From NCBI GenBank assembly GCA_002319955.1, contig DCJS01000033.1:34582-98581 (forward strand): 64,000 nucleotides of DNA, read 5' to 3'. The DNA is from Flavobacteriales bacterium UBA1694 (GTDB lineage Bacteria; Bacteroidota; Bacteroidia; Flavobacteriales; Weeksellaceae). Positions 28,705 through 38,932 of the stretch are shown in pieces. Every line of letters starts with the position of its first letter. Positions within the stretch are counted from its first letter, which is position 1. Both the position numbers and the translations under genes were made by a program. The notes below the pieces were generated by a model. It was not told the origin of the DNA and did not search any database. It was given only the letters and a program-made list of their open reading frames with translations.

Positions 28705-30960
28705 CTAGTTATTACTTGCAGTTTGTACTTGCGTGGTCTTAATGTCTGTTCCTAAACGCTGTAGGTAGGCGATTAGCGCTACAATTTCTTTTTTCTCAAG
28801 TTCTCCTTCCGGTCTTGTTGCATAGGCTGCCTTTAAGTCGGCCGCTTCGCTGAATATCTGACTAACGATGTGTTTCGCTTGGTTATCTACCCAGGCATCA
28901 GCGGTGTCAATCTGTGCCGTTGTATAGGGAACATCGAAAACATCTTTCATAAGAGTTAACTTATTTATTGTTTGCGAGCGGTCTAAGTCATTTGCAATTA
29001 ACCAAGGGTATCTAGGCATGATGGAACCAGCAGAGGTAGATCTTGGGTTGTACATATGTTTGTAATGCCAAGAGCTTGGGTTTTTCCCACCTTGACGGTG
29101 TAAGTCTGGTCCTGTACGTTTCGATCCCCATAAGAATGGACGGTCATAAACAAATTCTCCTGCTTTGGAATACTGTCCATTTTTTCCATTGAATCGAACC
29201 ACTTCGTCACGGAAAGGTCTAATCATTTGCGAGTGACATGAATTACAGCCTTCACGGATATAAAGGTCTCGTCCTTCCAATTCAAGTGGACTATACGGTT
29301 TTACTGCGGAAATCGTCGGAACGTTTTCTTTCACAGTTAGCGTTGGGATAATTTGGACAGCCCCGCCGATGGCGACCGCTACAAAAGATAAGACCGTTAG
29401 GTAAACGGGCATTCTTTCTAACCAAAGGTGAGCCCCTTCGCCTTGTTTTCTTTCTTTACCAATGTTTGCTAGAGCTGGTGCTTCTGCAGGGACATTCTTT
29501 TGGAATGAACCTTTTCTAACAGTTGCCCAAATGTTAACCACCATTAGGAATGCTCCTGAGATGTAGAGGGTACCTCCAACAAATCGCATAATGTAATAAG
29601 GGATAATTGCGGTTACAGTATCAAGCCAGTTTTTCCATAGCAGAGTTCCGTCTGGATTAAATTGTTTCCACATAAGGCCTTGAGTAAATCCAGCAATATA
29701 CAGAGGGACGGCGTAGAAAATAATTCCTAAGGTTCCCAGCCAGAAATGCCAGTTTGCCAATTTTGTAGACCATAATTTTGTTCTCCAAATAATTGGGACA
29801 ATAAAGTAGATCATACCAAAGGTCATAAAGCCGTTCCATCCTAGTGCACCTAAGTGAACGTGGCCAATAACCCAGTCAGTAAAGTGACCGATTTTATTTA
29901 AGGTTTTGGTCGCCAAGATTGGTCCTTCAAAAGTCGCCATCCCGTAGCACGTAATTGCGACGACAAAGAATTTTAGAATTGGGTCTTCACGCACTTTGTC
30001 CCATGCGCCTCGAAGTGTAAGTAATCCATTAAGCATACCCCCCCACGACGGCGCGATAAGCATGATGGAAAACCCAGTTGCAAGTGCTTGCGCCCATGCA
30101 GGAAGTGCGGTGTATTGAAGGTGGTGAGGTCCCGCCCAGATGTAAACGAAAATCAGCGACCAAAAGTGAATGATCGATAATTTATAAGAGAAAACGGGTC
30201 GGTTAGCAGCCTTTGGTAAAAAGTAGTACATCAAACCTAATACCGGCGTGGTTAAAATAAAGGCAACGGCATTGTGTCCGTACCACCACTGCACTAAGGC
30301 ATCCTTAACACCAGCGTAGGCTGAGTAGGATTTCCACATGGTAAGTGGAACTTCTAAATTATTGAATATGTGAAGCATGGCTACAGCCACCCACGTTCCT
30401 AAGTAAAACCAAATCGCAACATAAAGGTGACGCACTCTTCTGCGTGCAATGGTACCAAACATGTTGAGACCGAATAATACCCAAGAAATTGTAATTAGAA
30501 TATCGATTGGCCACTCGTGTTCTGCGTATTCTTTTGAGGTATTAATTCCCATAAAGAAAGTAATAACCGAAGCCACAATCATAATTTGCCAAGTCCAGAA
30601 GTGTGCCCAGGAAACGAAGTCACTGAACATTCTAGCCTTTAGCAGCCTTTGCATTGAATAATACGCTCCAGCAAACACACCGTTACAAACGAATGCGAAT
30701 ATTACAAGAGAGGTGTGGATCATTCTAATTCTTCCGAATCCGAATGCACCATTAGAATTAATTAAGCCTTCAATATTACCCGCCGCGAGACTTTTGATCG
30801 TCGGGTCGTCGGTTCCTAAGAAAAATTCTGGGAGCTCGGGGTAGAATAGCATTAATGCAGCGGTAAGACCAAACGTGAATCCTATGACACCAAATGCAAT
30901 GGTGGCGTAAAGGAATGCGCGGACTATGCTGTTGTCATAACTAAACTTCTGTGTTTCCAT
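28705..30960 (-). CDS. ccoN: cbb3-type cytochrome c oxidase, fused subunits I and II (CcoN-CcoO)
   Basis: 751 aa. Heme-copper oxidase His ligands in the polytopic N part. C-terminal monoheme CcoO part with CNSCH. Confidence 0.9.
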   Translation of the reverse strand: METQKFSYDNSIVRAFLYATIAFGVIGFTFGLTAALMLFYPELPEFFLGTDDPTIKSLAAGNIEGLINSNGAFGFGRIRMIHTSLVIFAFVCNGVFAGAYYSMQRLLKARMFSDFVSWAHFWTWQIMIVASVITFFMGINTSKEYAEHEWPIDILITISWVLFGLNMFGTIARRRVRHLYVAIWFYLGTWVAVAMLHIFNNLEVPLTMWKSYSAYAGVKDALVQWWYGHNAVAFILTTPVLGLMYYFLPKAANRPVFSYKLSIIHFWSLIFVYIWAGPHHLQYTALPAWAQALATGFSIMLIAPSWGGMLNGLLTLRGAWDKVREDPILKFFVVAITCYGMATFEGPILATKTLNKIGHFTDWVIGHVHLGALGWNGFMTFGMIYFIVPIIWRTKLWSTKLANWHFWLGTLGIIFYAVPLYIAGFTQGLMWKQFNPDGTLLWKNWLDTVTAIIPYYIMRFVGGTLYISGAFLMVVNIWATVRKGSFQKNVPAEAPALANIGKERKQGEGAHLWLERMPVYLTVLSFVAVAIGGAVQIIPTLTVKENVPTISAVKPYSPLELEGRDLYIREGCNSCHSQMIRPFRDEVVRFNGKNGQYSKAGEFVYDRPFLWGSKRTGPDLHRQGGKNPSSWHYKHMYNPRSTSAGSIMPRYPWLIANDLDRSQTINKLTLMKDVFDVPYTTAQIDTADAWVDNQAKHIVSQIFSEAADLKAAYATRPEGELEKKEIVALIAYLQRLGTDIKTTQVQTASNN

Positions 30961-30964
30961 ATAA

Positions 30965-31171
30965 TTAATTACTTTTTACGTCGGTTGGTTGCGTGTTACT
31001 ATCGGGAGTTTCATCTACTGTTTCCTCCTTTATTTCGTCATCAAAGAGCATCCTAACAGCGGGGGATTCGTCGTCCTCAAACTGGCCTCGTTTGGCGTTG
31101 TATATGAAGATTAACAAAAAAACCACTGCCAAAGATACACTGCAAATGATCATCAAATAGAGTATATCCAT
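30965..31171 (-). CDS. ccoS: cbb3 oxidase maturation protein CcoS/FixS
   Basis: 68 aa. One TM helix followed by KRGQFEDDESP. Confidence 0.8.
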   Translation of the reverse strand: MDILYLMIICSVSLAVVFLLIFIYNAKRGQFEDDESPAVRMLFDDEIKEETVDETPDSNTQPTDVKSN

Positions 31172-31178
31172 TGCTTGG

Positions 31179-31186
31179 CAAATTTA
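31179..31186 (-). promoter_or_regulatory. Bacteroidota-type -7 promoter box (proximal)
   Basis: Minus-strand TAAATTTG 7 nt upstream of the ccoS ATG. Confidence 0.4.
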
Positions 31187-31201
31187 ATTTTTTAGGATCG
31201 T

Positions 31202-31209
31202 CAAATTTA
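31202..31209 (-). promoter_or_regulatory. Bacteroidota-type -7 promoter box (distal)
   Basis: Minus-strand TAAATTTG 30 nt upstream of the ccoS ATG. Confidence 0.4.
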
Positions 31210-31219
31210 TGGAAAAATA

Positions 31220-31233
31220 TTGATAAAAGTCAT
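31220..31233. promoter_or_regulatory. candidate CRP/FNR-family binding site
   Basis: TTGATAAAAGTCAT with a TGA-N6-TCA core. It matches the box at 33741-33754 at 12 of 14 positions. Confidence 0.4.
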
Positions 31234-31290
31234 TTACTGTTAATTTTAGTTAATTTAAAACACTTCTAAATAGTAACCGAGCAAATGGGC

Positions 31291-33675
31291 TTAGATGGGG
31301 AAGTATTTAAGGCTTCGAATCCAAGTGGCTAAGGAGGTGAATGCAACCACTGTAATTGAGCTTATTGGCATCAGGATGGCGGCCACTAAAGGAGACATGT
31401 ACCCTAAAACTGCTATCGTTACCCCAACCACATTATACAGTAAACTAATGGCAAAAGTAAACTTGACAATGCGCATTGCATCTTTCGTTAGACTTAAGAA
31501 GTGGTTTAGTGTCGGGATTTTTTCGCCGGCCATAATCACATCAGAAGATGGTGTAAATGAATTTGTATCATCAGCCACAGCAATTCCGATATCACTTTGT
31601 TTTAAGGCGCCGGCATCGTTTAAGCCATCCCCAATCATGGCAACTTTTTGACCTTGGTCTTGAAGCGATTTGATATAATTCAGTTTGTTTGCCGGATCTT
31701 GGTTAAACGCCATTCCCTCAAAAGAAGGAATCGTTTGTTTAAGTTGCTTTTCCTCAGACTCATTATCGCCACTGAGAATGTGAATTCTAAAGTTCTCTAG
31801 ATTTGTAAATAAACCAGATAGTCCACTTCTGTATTCATTTTTAAAAACGAACTTTCCTAAATAATCCTGGTCTTTACTCAAATGCACTGCGGTTTCTAGA
31901 TTGGTTGAACCCTGCCCATTGTATTTGGCCGAGCCCACGCGGTAGAGGTGGCCGCGGACTTTAGCGCTGTATCCTTGCCCCGGAAGGTCTGTGAAGTCCT
32001 CGATCGGATAGTATTGGTCCTGCTGTGAAATATGACTGTAAAGAGTCTTAGAAAGGGGGTGATTGGAGTTTTTCAGGAGCGATTTAATATTTTCTAAATC
32101 AAAATCATTTAACGACTCTCCTTTAAATGTTATTTCGGATTCTTCATTGTGGGTGATGGTTCCTGTCTTGTCAAAAACGAGGGTTTCTATTTTCGCTAGT
32201 TTCTCAATAGTTAGTGTGTCTTTGACGTAGAACTTGTTTCGTCCTAGAATACGCATAATATGTCCAAGAGTGAATGGAGCCGATAGGGCTAAGGCGCATG
32301 GACATGCAACGATTAGAATAGCCGATACGACTTGGAACATTTTTTCCATGTCGATCGTGGCCCAGTAGATACCTGCCAGTAGTGTGATGCCTAGAATTAC
32401 TAATGTAAAGTATTTGCTAATAGTATTGGTTAGGGTGTCTAAGCCTGTTTCTTTTTTCTTGAAGGCTTCTTTATTCCAAAGTTGGGTCAAGTAGCTTTGA
32501 TCCACATTTTTGATAACTTCTAGTTCTAAAATAGAGCCTACTTGTTTGCCACCTGCGTAAATGCGGTCGCCTGGTTTTTTGTCGGCGGTGTTGCTTTCCC
32601 CAGTAATGAAGCTATTGTCGATGTTTCCCTCGCCCTTTATTAAAATGGCGTCGACAGGAATAATTTCCTGGTTTCGAACCATAATTCGGTCGCCAATGAC
32701 AAGCTCAGAAAGCAATCTGTTTTCCTGGGCTCCAGAAGAATCCAATCGCGTTACAGCAATTGGGTAAAAGGATTTATAGTCGCGATCATACGAAAGTGAA
32801 CTGTAAGTTCGCTTTTGGAAAATCTTGCCTAAAAGCATGAAAAATAAGAGTCCACATAACGTATCGAAATACCCAGGACCGTAATCAGTAAGTGTTTCGT
32901 ATATACTTCGAGTGTAGAGCACTAGAATCCCTAAAACGATTGGAACATCGATATTAATGATCTTGTGTTTCAGGCCGTAGTATGCGGATTTAAAGTAATC
33001 TGAGGCGGAATAAAAGACCACCGGAGTGGCCAGTAAGAACATAATAAAGCGAAACATGCTCTTATACTGCTGCATCCAGTAATCGGTTGTTCCTAAGACA
33101 ATCTCGACGTATTCCGGAAAACTAAAGAGCATTCCATTTCCAAACGCAAACCCAGCCACCGCAAGTTTTATCAAGAGAGATCGGTCTGGTTTCTCGACGA
33201 TGCGGTCCGCCGTTTCAAGGTTGATAACCGGCTTGTACCCTAAATTGGTCAGGAATTTAGCCAGCTGACTAAGGGGTAAAGTCTGGGGATTGAAATAGAT
33301 TTGTAATGTTTTTCTCGTGAAATTAACATGAGAATAAGAAATGTTAGGATTCAGCGTTGTGAGGCTCTCTAACAGCCAGATACAAGATGAACAGTGGATA
33401 ACCGGAATTTTAAACGTGACAATCGTGGTTTTTCCATCGGAGAAGTCCACCACTTTATCGAAAATTTCAGGGGTGTCTAAGTAGTTAAATTGATCAAGAT
33501 TTTCTTCGGGACGGATCCCAGAACTCTTATTGAGCTCGTAGAAATTCCCTAGTTTGTTGAAGCTTAAAATCTCGTAAACAGATTTGCACCCTTGGCAGCA
33601 AAATAACTTGAGATCGAAATCAATTCGTTCCTTTTTTATCGCCTCACCACAATGATAACAATTTTCCACTTCCAT
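31291..33675 (-). CDS. ccoI: copper-translocating P-type ATPase CcoI/FixI
   Basis: 794 aa. N-terminal CxxC pairs, TM CPC motif (ACPCALAL), DKTGT, GDGLND. Confidence 0.9.
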   Translation of the reverse strand: MEVENCYHCGEAIKKERIDFDLKLFCCQGCKSVYEILSFNKLGNFYELNKSSGIRPEENLDQFNYLDTPEIFDKVVDFSDGKTTIVTFKIPVIHCSSCIWLLESLTTLNPNISYSHVNFTRKTLQIYFNPQTLPLSQLAKFLTNLGYKPVINLETADRIVEKPDRSLLIKLAVAGFAFGNGMLFSFPEYVEIVLGTTDYWMQQYKSMFRFIMFLLATPVVFYSASDYFKSAYYGLKHKIINIDVPIVLGILVLYTRSIYETLTDYGPGYFDTLCGLLFFMLLGKIFQKRTYSSLSYDRDYKSFYPIAVTRLDSSGAQENRLLSELVIGDRIMVRNQEIIPVDAILIKGEGNIDNSFITGESNTADKKPGDRIYAGGKQVGSILELEVIKNVDQSYLTQLWNKEAFKKKETGLDTLTNTISKYFTLVILGITLLAGIYWATIDMEKMFQVVSAILIVACPCALALSAPFTLGHIMRILGRNKFYVKDTLTIEKLAKIETLVFDKTGTITHNEESEITFKGESLNDFDLENIKSLLKNSNHPLSKTLYSHISQQDQYYPIEDFTDLPGQGYSAKVRGHLYRVGSAKYNGQGSTNLETAVHLSKDQDYLGKFVFKNEYRSGLSGLFTNLENFRIHILSGDNESEEKQLKQTIPSFEGMAFNQDPANKLNYIKSLQDQGQKVAMIGDGLNDAGALKQSDIGIAVADDTNSFTPSSDVIMAGEKIPTLNHFLSLTKDAMRIVKFTFAISLLYNVVGVTIAVLGYMSPLVAAILMPISSITVVAFTSLATWIRSLKYFPI

Positions 33676-33689
33676 TTTTGCTAGAAGCG

Positions 33690-33697
33690 CAAAATTA
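33690..33697 (-). promoter_or_regulatory. Bacteroidota-type -7 promoter box
   Basis: Minus-strand TAATTTTG 14 nt upstream of the ccoI ATG. Confidence 0.4.
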
Positions 33698-33732
33698 TAA
33701 CAAAAATAATTGCCCTTAGATGTAAATTTACC

Positions 33733-33740
33733 TATTTTTG
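33733..33740 (+). promoter_or_regulatory. Bacteroidota-type -7 promoter box
   Basis: Exact TAnnTTTG (TATTTTTG) 18 nt upstream of the ATG at 33759. Confidence 0.45.
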
Positions 33741-33754
33741 CTGATAAATGTCAT
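33741..33754. promoter_or_regulatory. candidate CRP/FNR-family binding site (autoregulatory position)
   Basis: CTGATAAATGTCAT with a TGA-N6-TCA core, lying between the -7 box and the regulator start codon. Confidence 0.4.
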
Positions 33755-33758
33755 AGGT

Positions 33759-34472
33759 ATGTCAATTGAAAAACAAGAACTTATAAATCGTAACTTTCTA
33801 AATGTTTTTAACGAGGAGTCGTTTCGTGAAGTTCTCTCTGAGGCCGATTTTAATACCTACAAACAAGCAAGAAAAGAGATCCATATCCATAAAGGCCAAT
33901 TGCTTTTTGAGGAAGATCAAAACCCCAATGGTGTCTATTTCATCAAAGTAGGGACGGTGAAGCTCTCAAAGTCTGGAGTCTACGGGAAAGATCAAATTTT
34001 GCGCTTTATAAACGAGGGCGATTTGATTGGCTACCGTTCCTTAGTCATTGGCGAAAATTTTCAAGCCAAGGCCGAGGCCATGTCTGAAGTCACGGTGGTT
34101 TTTGTTCCTGCTGATGTATTTTTACATATGCTAAAGGTTGACTCGAATTTGTCATTTGCCATGCTCCAAAAAATTGCATACGAATTAGGAGAGTCCTCGA
34201 ATACGGTGACTTATTTGGCACAAAAAACGGTCAGAGAACGTTTGGCGGAAGTCCTGCTTCTACTTGAACAAAAATTAGGTACCGATCCAGAAGGCTTTAT
34301 CAAAATTGCTTTAACCCGTGAAGAGGTTGCAAACCTCATTGGGACAGCCACTGAAAGTGCCATCCGGCTAATTTCAGAATTTAAGAGCGACCAACTTATT
34401 GAGACTGAAGGCAGACACATTAAGATCCTTAATCATGAAAAGCTCATTAAACTCGGGCATGTTAATATCTAA
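33759..34472 (+). CDS. CRP/FNR-family transcriptional regulator (cysteine-free)
   Basis: cNMP-binding-like beta-roll and C-terminal HTH (TREEVANLIGTATESAIRLISEF). The ATG at 33759 is preferred over the TTG at 33738. Confidence 0.85.
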   Translation: MSIEKQELINRNFLNVFNEESFREVLSEADFNTYKQARKEIHIHKGQLLFEEDQNPNGVYFIKVGTVKLSKSGVYGKDQILRFINEGDLIGYRSLVIGENFQAKAEAMSEVTVVFVPADVFLHMLKVDSNLSFAMLQKIAYELGESSNTVTYLAQKTVRERLAEVLLLLEQKLGTDPEGFIKIALTREEVANLIGTATESAIRLISEFKSDQLIETEGRHIKILNHEKLIKLGHVNI

Positions 34473-34551
34473 AATCCAATAGGGCGACACCGCCTTAATT
34501 CATTTCGTAGGCCCTAAGGTCCATGTGCAAACAACCACTAAAACGAATTCT

Positions 34552-35367
34552 ATGTCAGTGCATTCTGAAATAAAAAAAGTGACCACAGAGTCCTTGCGAA
34601 AAATGAAGTTCGACAAGGAAAAAATAACCATGCTAACGGCGTATGATTATACGACGGCTAGGATGGTAGACGCTGGGGGAGTCGATTCAATCCTAGTGGG
34701 TGACTCCGCAGCCAATGTCATGGCGGGACACGAAACCACGCTTCCTATTACACTAGACCAAATGATTTACCATACGCAGTGTGTGGTGCGGGGAGTCGAT
34801 CGCGCTTTAATTGTAGCTGATTTACCTTTTGGAACCTACCAAAGCAACCCTGAAAAAGCTCTTGAATCTGCTGTACGCATGATGAAAGAAGGGGGCGCGC
34901 ACGCCATAAAAATTGAAGGTGGTGTTGAGATCGAGAAGTCGATTCGAAGAATAGTTAACGCTGGGATTCCAGTAATGGCTCATTTGGGGCTTACCCCACA
35001 ATCCATTTACCAGTTCGGAACTTATAAAGTTCGAGCGAAGGAAGACCAGGAGGCTCAAAAGCTCCTAAGCGATGCGAAACTTGTGGAAGAATTAGGCTGT
35101 TTTGCCTTAGTTCTAGAAAAAATCCCTGCTGATCTTGCGGCAAAAGTAAGTGAAAGTATTTCGATTCCAACCATTGGAATTGGTGCCGGACCACACTGTG
35201 ATGGACAAGTGCTAGTATATCAAGATATGGTGGGTATGAACCAAGGGTTCTCTCCGAAGTTTTTGAGACGCTACTTAGATCTCTATTCGCAAATTACCGG
35301 CGCTGTTTCTCAGTTTGTGACCGATGTGAAATCAGCTGAATTCCCTAACGAAAAAGAAAGTTATTAA
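34552..35367 (+). CDS. panB: 3-methyl-2-oxobutanoate hydroxymethyltransferase
   Basis: [31 protein letters not shown]. The ATG at 34552 is preferred over the GTG at 34525. Confidence 0.9.
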   Translation: MSVHSEIKKVTTESLRKMKFDKEKITMLTAYDYTTARMVDAGGVDSILVGDSAANVMAGHETTLPITLDQMIYHTQCVVRGVDRALIVADLPFGTYQSNPEKALESAVRMMKEGGAHAIKIEGGVEIEKSIRRIVNAGIPVMAHLGLTPQSIYQFGTYKVRAKEDQEAQKLLSDAKLVEELGCFALVLEKIPADLAAKVSESISIPTIGIGAGPHCDGQVLVYQDMVGMNQGFSPKFLRRYLDLYSQITGAVSQFVTDVKSAEFPNEKESY

Positions 35368-35702
35368 TGAATAAATTAAGTCAATTACAATCCCTACAAG
35401 CCATCGTTTCGGTTGGGGCCCTGCTTTGTTTACTAACCGGATGGTTTAATTTCTTTAGCCCAGAGATTAACGCCTTTTTATACCATAAATTATTTTATGT
35501 CTTGATTGGAATTAGTTTTGCCCTAATGGCACCGGTGATCTCCAATCCCAAGTTTAAGATTCCAATGTATATCGCTGCAGCGCTCTGTGTAATCGGTATC
35601 TTTTTCCCAGACGAGAGCCAGTTTGCAGCGCTAAAGACCATCGGTCTTTTTGCTGGAGTACTGCTTTCATTATTTAATAGACCAAGAGTCGCAAAGCACT
35701 AG
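35367..35702 (+). CDS. small membrane protein
   Basis: 111 aa with 3-4 hydrophobic helices. The ATG overlaps the panB stop (TAATG). Confidence 0.5.
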   Translation: MNKLSQLQSLQAIVSVGALLCLLTGWFNFFSPEINAFLYHKLFYVLIGISFALMAPVISNPKFKIPMYIAAALCVIGIFFPDESQFAALKTIGLFAGVLLSLFNRPRVAKH

Positions 35703-35703
35703 G

Positions 35704-36411
35704 GTGCAAAGTCAGAGAGATAAAATCAGTCCCGATCAAATTGCCTACGAAGACAACCACATGCTTGTAATCAATAAGCACGTCGGTCAGTTGGTTCAGG
35801 GCGATAAGACTCAGGACGATTCGCTTATTGAGCTTATTAAGAATTTCATTAAGGTTCGAGATCAAAAGCCCGGAAATGTTTTTTTAGGGTTGGTGCACCG
35901 TATTGATAGGCCAACTTCAGGTTTGGTGATCTATGCGAAAACCTCCAAAGGGCTTTCAAGATTAACCCAAATGGTTAAAAACCGAGAAATAAAAAAAACG
36001 TATTGGGCGGTGACCCCGAGTGAGGAAGTCCCTGAATCAGGGGAATTGGTGCATTTTTTGAAAAAGAATGAAAAAAACAATAAAGCCATTGTGTTCCCGC
36101 GTGAAACGCCGGGGGCAAAAGAGGCCGTTTTGCAGTATCAAGTAGTGAAGAAGCTCTCGAAGTACATGCTTTTAGAGGTGGATCTTAAAACAGGACGGCA
36201 CCATCAGATTCGCGCGCAGCTATCGAAAATTGGTATTCCAATCAAAGGGGATTTGAAGTACGGTTCACCACGCTCAAATCCGGACGGCGGAATTCATCTG
36301 CACGCGCGCAAATTAGAATTTGAGCACCCCGTCACCAAAGAGCATCTCTCGATCACAGCTTCAGTTCCTAAAGGCGATACTTTATGGAGCGCTTGTGAGG
36401 ACTCCGATTAA
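35704..36411 (+). CDS. RluA-family pseudouridine synthase
   Basis: YEDNHMLVINKHVG, catalytic HRIDRPTSG, GRHHQIRAQL. GTG at 35704 chosen because it lies 1 nt after the previous stop; the exact start is uncertain. Confidence 0.8.
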   Translation: MQSQRDKISPDQIAYEDNHMLVINKHVGQLVQGDKTQDDSLIELIKNFIKVRDQKPGNVFLGLVHRIDRPTSGLVIYAKTSKGLSRLTQMVKNREIKKTYWAVTPSEEVPESGELVHFLKKNEKNNKAIVFPRETPGAKEAVLQYQVVKKLSKYMLLEVDLKTGRHHQIRAQLSKIGIPIKGDLKYGSPRSNPDGGIHLHARKLEFEHPVTKEHLSITASVPKGDTLWSACEDSD

Positions 36412-36433
36412 ATGAGCTCGCTAAGTACCAAAT

Positions 36434-36468
36434 AAAAATGCCACTAGTTGAAACTAGTGGCATTTTTT
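36434..36468. terminator. bidirectional terminator between convergent genes
   Basis: aaaaatgccactagtt / aactagtggcattttt form a near-perfect long stem flanked by an A-run and a T-run. Confidence 0.8.
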
Positions 36469-36486
36469 AGCTAAAGCCCTAAGGCG

Positions 36487-38757
36487 TTATTTCGCTGCTT
36501 CAGCAGCAATCAGGTTAAGAGCCGATCCGGCTTTAAACCAGCCAATTTGCTGTTCATTATAGGTATGATTAGAAAGGATTAGATCCTTTGTACCGTCTTC
36601 GTGGATGAATTCAAGGGTAAGTGGTTTACCTGCAGAGAACGATTCAAGATCGACAAAGTTTACCGTGTCGTTTTCTTGGATTTTGTCGTAATCCGCTTTG
36701 TCATTAAAGGTAAGACCAAGCATTCCTTGTTTTTTCAAGTTGGTTTCGTGAATACGCGCAAACGATTTTACTAAGACCGCTCGAACACCTAAGTGGCGTG
36801 GCTCCATGGCCGCGTGCTCACGCGAGGATCCTTCTCCATAGTTTTCATCTCCTACCACGAGTGTTGGAACACCTGCTGCTTTGTACGCTCTGGCAACATT
36901 TGGTACTTCGTTGTAAGAACCATCAAGTAAATTTTTCACTTTGTTGGTCTCCATGTTGTACGCATTGACAGCGCCAATTAACATGTTGTTAGAAATGTTA
37001 TCGAGGTGGCCTCGGTATTTTAACCATGGTCCTGCCATTGAGATGTGGTCCGTGGTGCATTTTCCAAACGCTTTGATAAGCACTTTCGCCCCAAGGATAT
37101 TTTCACCGTCCCAAGGCGTAAATGGCGTAAGGAGTTCAAGTCTATCAGAAGCTGGGTCTACGACAACCTGTACTGCAGAACCGTCGTGCGAAGGGGCTTG
37201 GTAGCCGTTGTCACCCACGTCGAATCCTTTCTCTGGAAGTTCGAATCCTTTTGGTTCGTCTAGTTTTACTTGCTCTCCCGCTTCATTCGTAAGGGTATCG
37301 CTTAAAGGATTGAAATCTAAACGGCCTGAGATTGCGATGGCTGCAACCATTTCTGGTGAAGCTACAAAGGCATGTGTGTTTGGGTTTCCATCCGCTCTTT
37401 TTGCGAAGTTTCGGTTGAAAGAGTGGATAATGGAGTTCTTTTCTCCTTTTTCAGCCCCTTCACGATCCCATTGGCCAATACATGGGCCGCAAGCGTTTGT
37501 GAAGATTCTTGCATTTTCGAATTTACGGAATGAATCAAGGAAACCGTCTCTTTCGGCGGTAAATTTCACTTGTTCAGATCCTGGATTTACACCAAGTATC
37601 GCCTTAGGTTTTACCCCTTTCGATACGGCGTCTTCCACAATTGAAGCGGCGCGAGATAAATCTTCATAAGAAGAGTTCGTGCAGGATCCAATTAGAGCCC
37701 ACTCTACATCTAAAGGCCAGCCGTTGGCTAGTGCTTTCTCTTTGAACTCAGAAACTGGCGTTGCTAAGTCGGGCGTAAACGGCCCGTTGAGGTGCGGCGT
37801 TAATTCGGAAAGGTTTATTTCGATTACTTGATCAAAGTATAACTCAGGGTTAGCATACACTTCTGGATCCGCAGTTAAATGCTCCTTAACAGCGTCTGCT
37901 GCATCAACAATATCTTGTCTTCCAGTTGCACTTAAATAACGGCGCATCGAATCGTCGTAGCCAAAAGTGGAAGTCGTTGCTCCAATTTCAGCTCCCATAT
38001 TACAGATTGTGCCTTTGCCCGTTGCGGACATAGATTCAGCGCCTTCTCCGAAATATTCGACGATACAACCAGTTCCTCCTTTAACAGTAAGGATTCCAGC
38101 TACTTTTAGAATAACGTCTTTCGCAGCGGTCCATCCACTAAGTTTCCCGGTTAGTTTTACACCAATTAATTTTGGCATTTTAAGTTCCCAAGGCATTCCT
38201 GCCATCACATCAACCGCATCCGCACCACCAACACCAATAGCGACCATTCCTAGTCCACCGGCATTTACTGTGTGTGAGTCCGTTCCAATCATTAGTCCAC
38301 CCGGGAATGCGTAGTTTTCTAGCACCACTTGGTGGATAATGCCAGCGCCGGGTTTCCAGAACCCAATGCCGTATTTATCACAGACAGAACTTAAAAAGTT
38401 GAAAACTTCTGAGTTCTTGTTGATAGATTCTTGTAAGTCCTTCTCAGCACCAACTTTCGCCTGGATAAGGTGATCCGCATGGACTGTTGAAGGAACAGCG
38501 ACAGTGGCCTTTCCTGCTTGCATAAATTGAAGCAGTGCCATTTGTGCTGTGGCATCCTGCATGGCCACACGGTCTGGTGCAAAGTCTACATACGAATTTC
38601 CTCGTTCGTGCGCCACCGTAGTGTTGCCCTCCCACAGGTGGGTATAGAGAATTTTTTCGGATAATGTAAGGGGTTTTCCTACTGCATTTCTAGCTGCCTC
38701 AACCCGCTCAGGGTACCGCGCGTACACCTTTTTGATCATTTCAATGTCAAAAGTCAT
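36487..38757 (-). CDS. aconitate hydratase (about 755 aa, mitochondrial-like type)
   Basis: Fe-S ligand regions ([22 protein letters not shown]) and swivel domain. The ATG at 38757 ([10 protein letters not shown]) is preferred over the TTG at 38802. Confidence 0.95.
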   Translation of the reverse strand: MTFDIEMIKKVYARYPERVEAARNAVGKPLTLSEKILYTHLWEGNTTVAHERGNSYVDFAPDRVAMQDATAQMALLQFMQAGKATVAVPSTVHADHLIQAKVGAEKDLQESINKNSEVFNFLSSVCDKYGIGFWKPGAGIIHQVVLENYAFPGGLMIGTDSHTVNAGGLGMVAIGVGGADAVDVMAGMPWELKMPKLIGVKLTGKLSGWTAAKDVILKVAGILTVKGGTGCIVEYFGEGAESMSATGKGTICNMGAEIGATTSTFGYDDSMRRYLSATGRQDIVDAADAVKEHLTADPEVYANPELYFDQVIEINLSELTPHLNGPFTPDLATPVSEFKEKALANGWPLDVEWALIGSCTNSSYEDLSRAASIVEDAVSKGVKPKAILGVNPGSEQVKFTAERDGFLDSFRKFENARIFTNACGPCIGQWDREGAEKGEKNSIIHSFNRNFAKRADGNPNTHAFVASPEMVAAIAISGRLDFNPLSDTLTNEAGEQVKLDEPKGFELPEKGFDVGDNGYQAPSHDGSAVQVVVDPASDRLELLTPFTPWDGENILGAKVLIKAFGKCTTDHISMAGPWLKYRGHLDNISNNMLIGAVNAYNMETNKVKNLLDGSYNEVPNVARAYKAAGVPTLVVGDENYGEGSSREHAAMEPRHLGVRAVLVKSFARIHETNLKKQGMLGLTFNDKADYDKIQENDTVNFVDLESFSAGKPLTLEFIHEDGTKDLILSNHTYNEQQIGWFKAGSALNLIAAEAAK

Positions 38758-38932
38758 ATTGCAAAATGTTTTTGATTTTTTAAAATAATAGTTAAAGCCC
38801 AAAAATACGAAAAATTTAAGGGCTAGTTTCCTATTCTAATCTAAATTTGTTATAAATCGTATTTCAACTATCTATATAACGAAATAATTTGAGAAGTCTT
38901 AACTTTGGCAAGAGTTTAGAGTCCTAAGAATT

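Noticed and set aside
31291-33675. Heavy-metal P-type ATPase as part of a metal-resistance island
   Set aside because: It sits at the head of the ccoS-ccoNO-ccoQ-ccoP-ccoG cluster, which is the classical CcoI/FixI position. No metal regulators or efflux partners are nearby.
37239-37248. GTTCGAATCC, a tRNA T-arm-like decamer
   Set aside because: It lies inside the aconitase coding region. No acceptor or anticodon stems can be drawn around it.
37208-37669. 153-aa ORF on the plus strand (also 36941-37204, 37045-37263 and 37967-38314)
   Set aside because: All are antisense inside the aconitase gene, whose own frame shows unmistakable family motifs.
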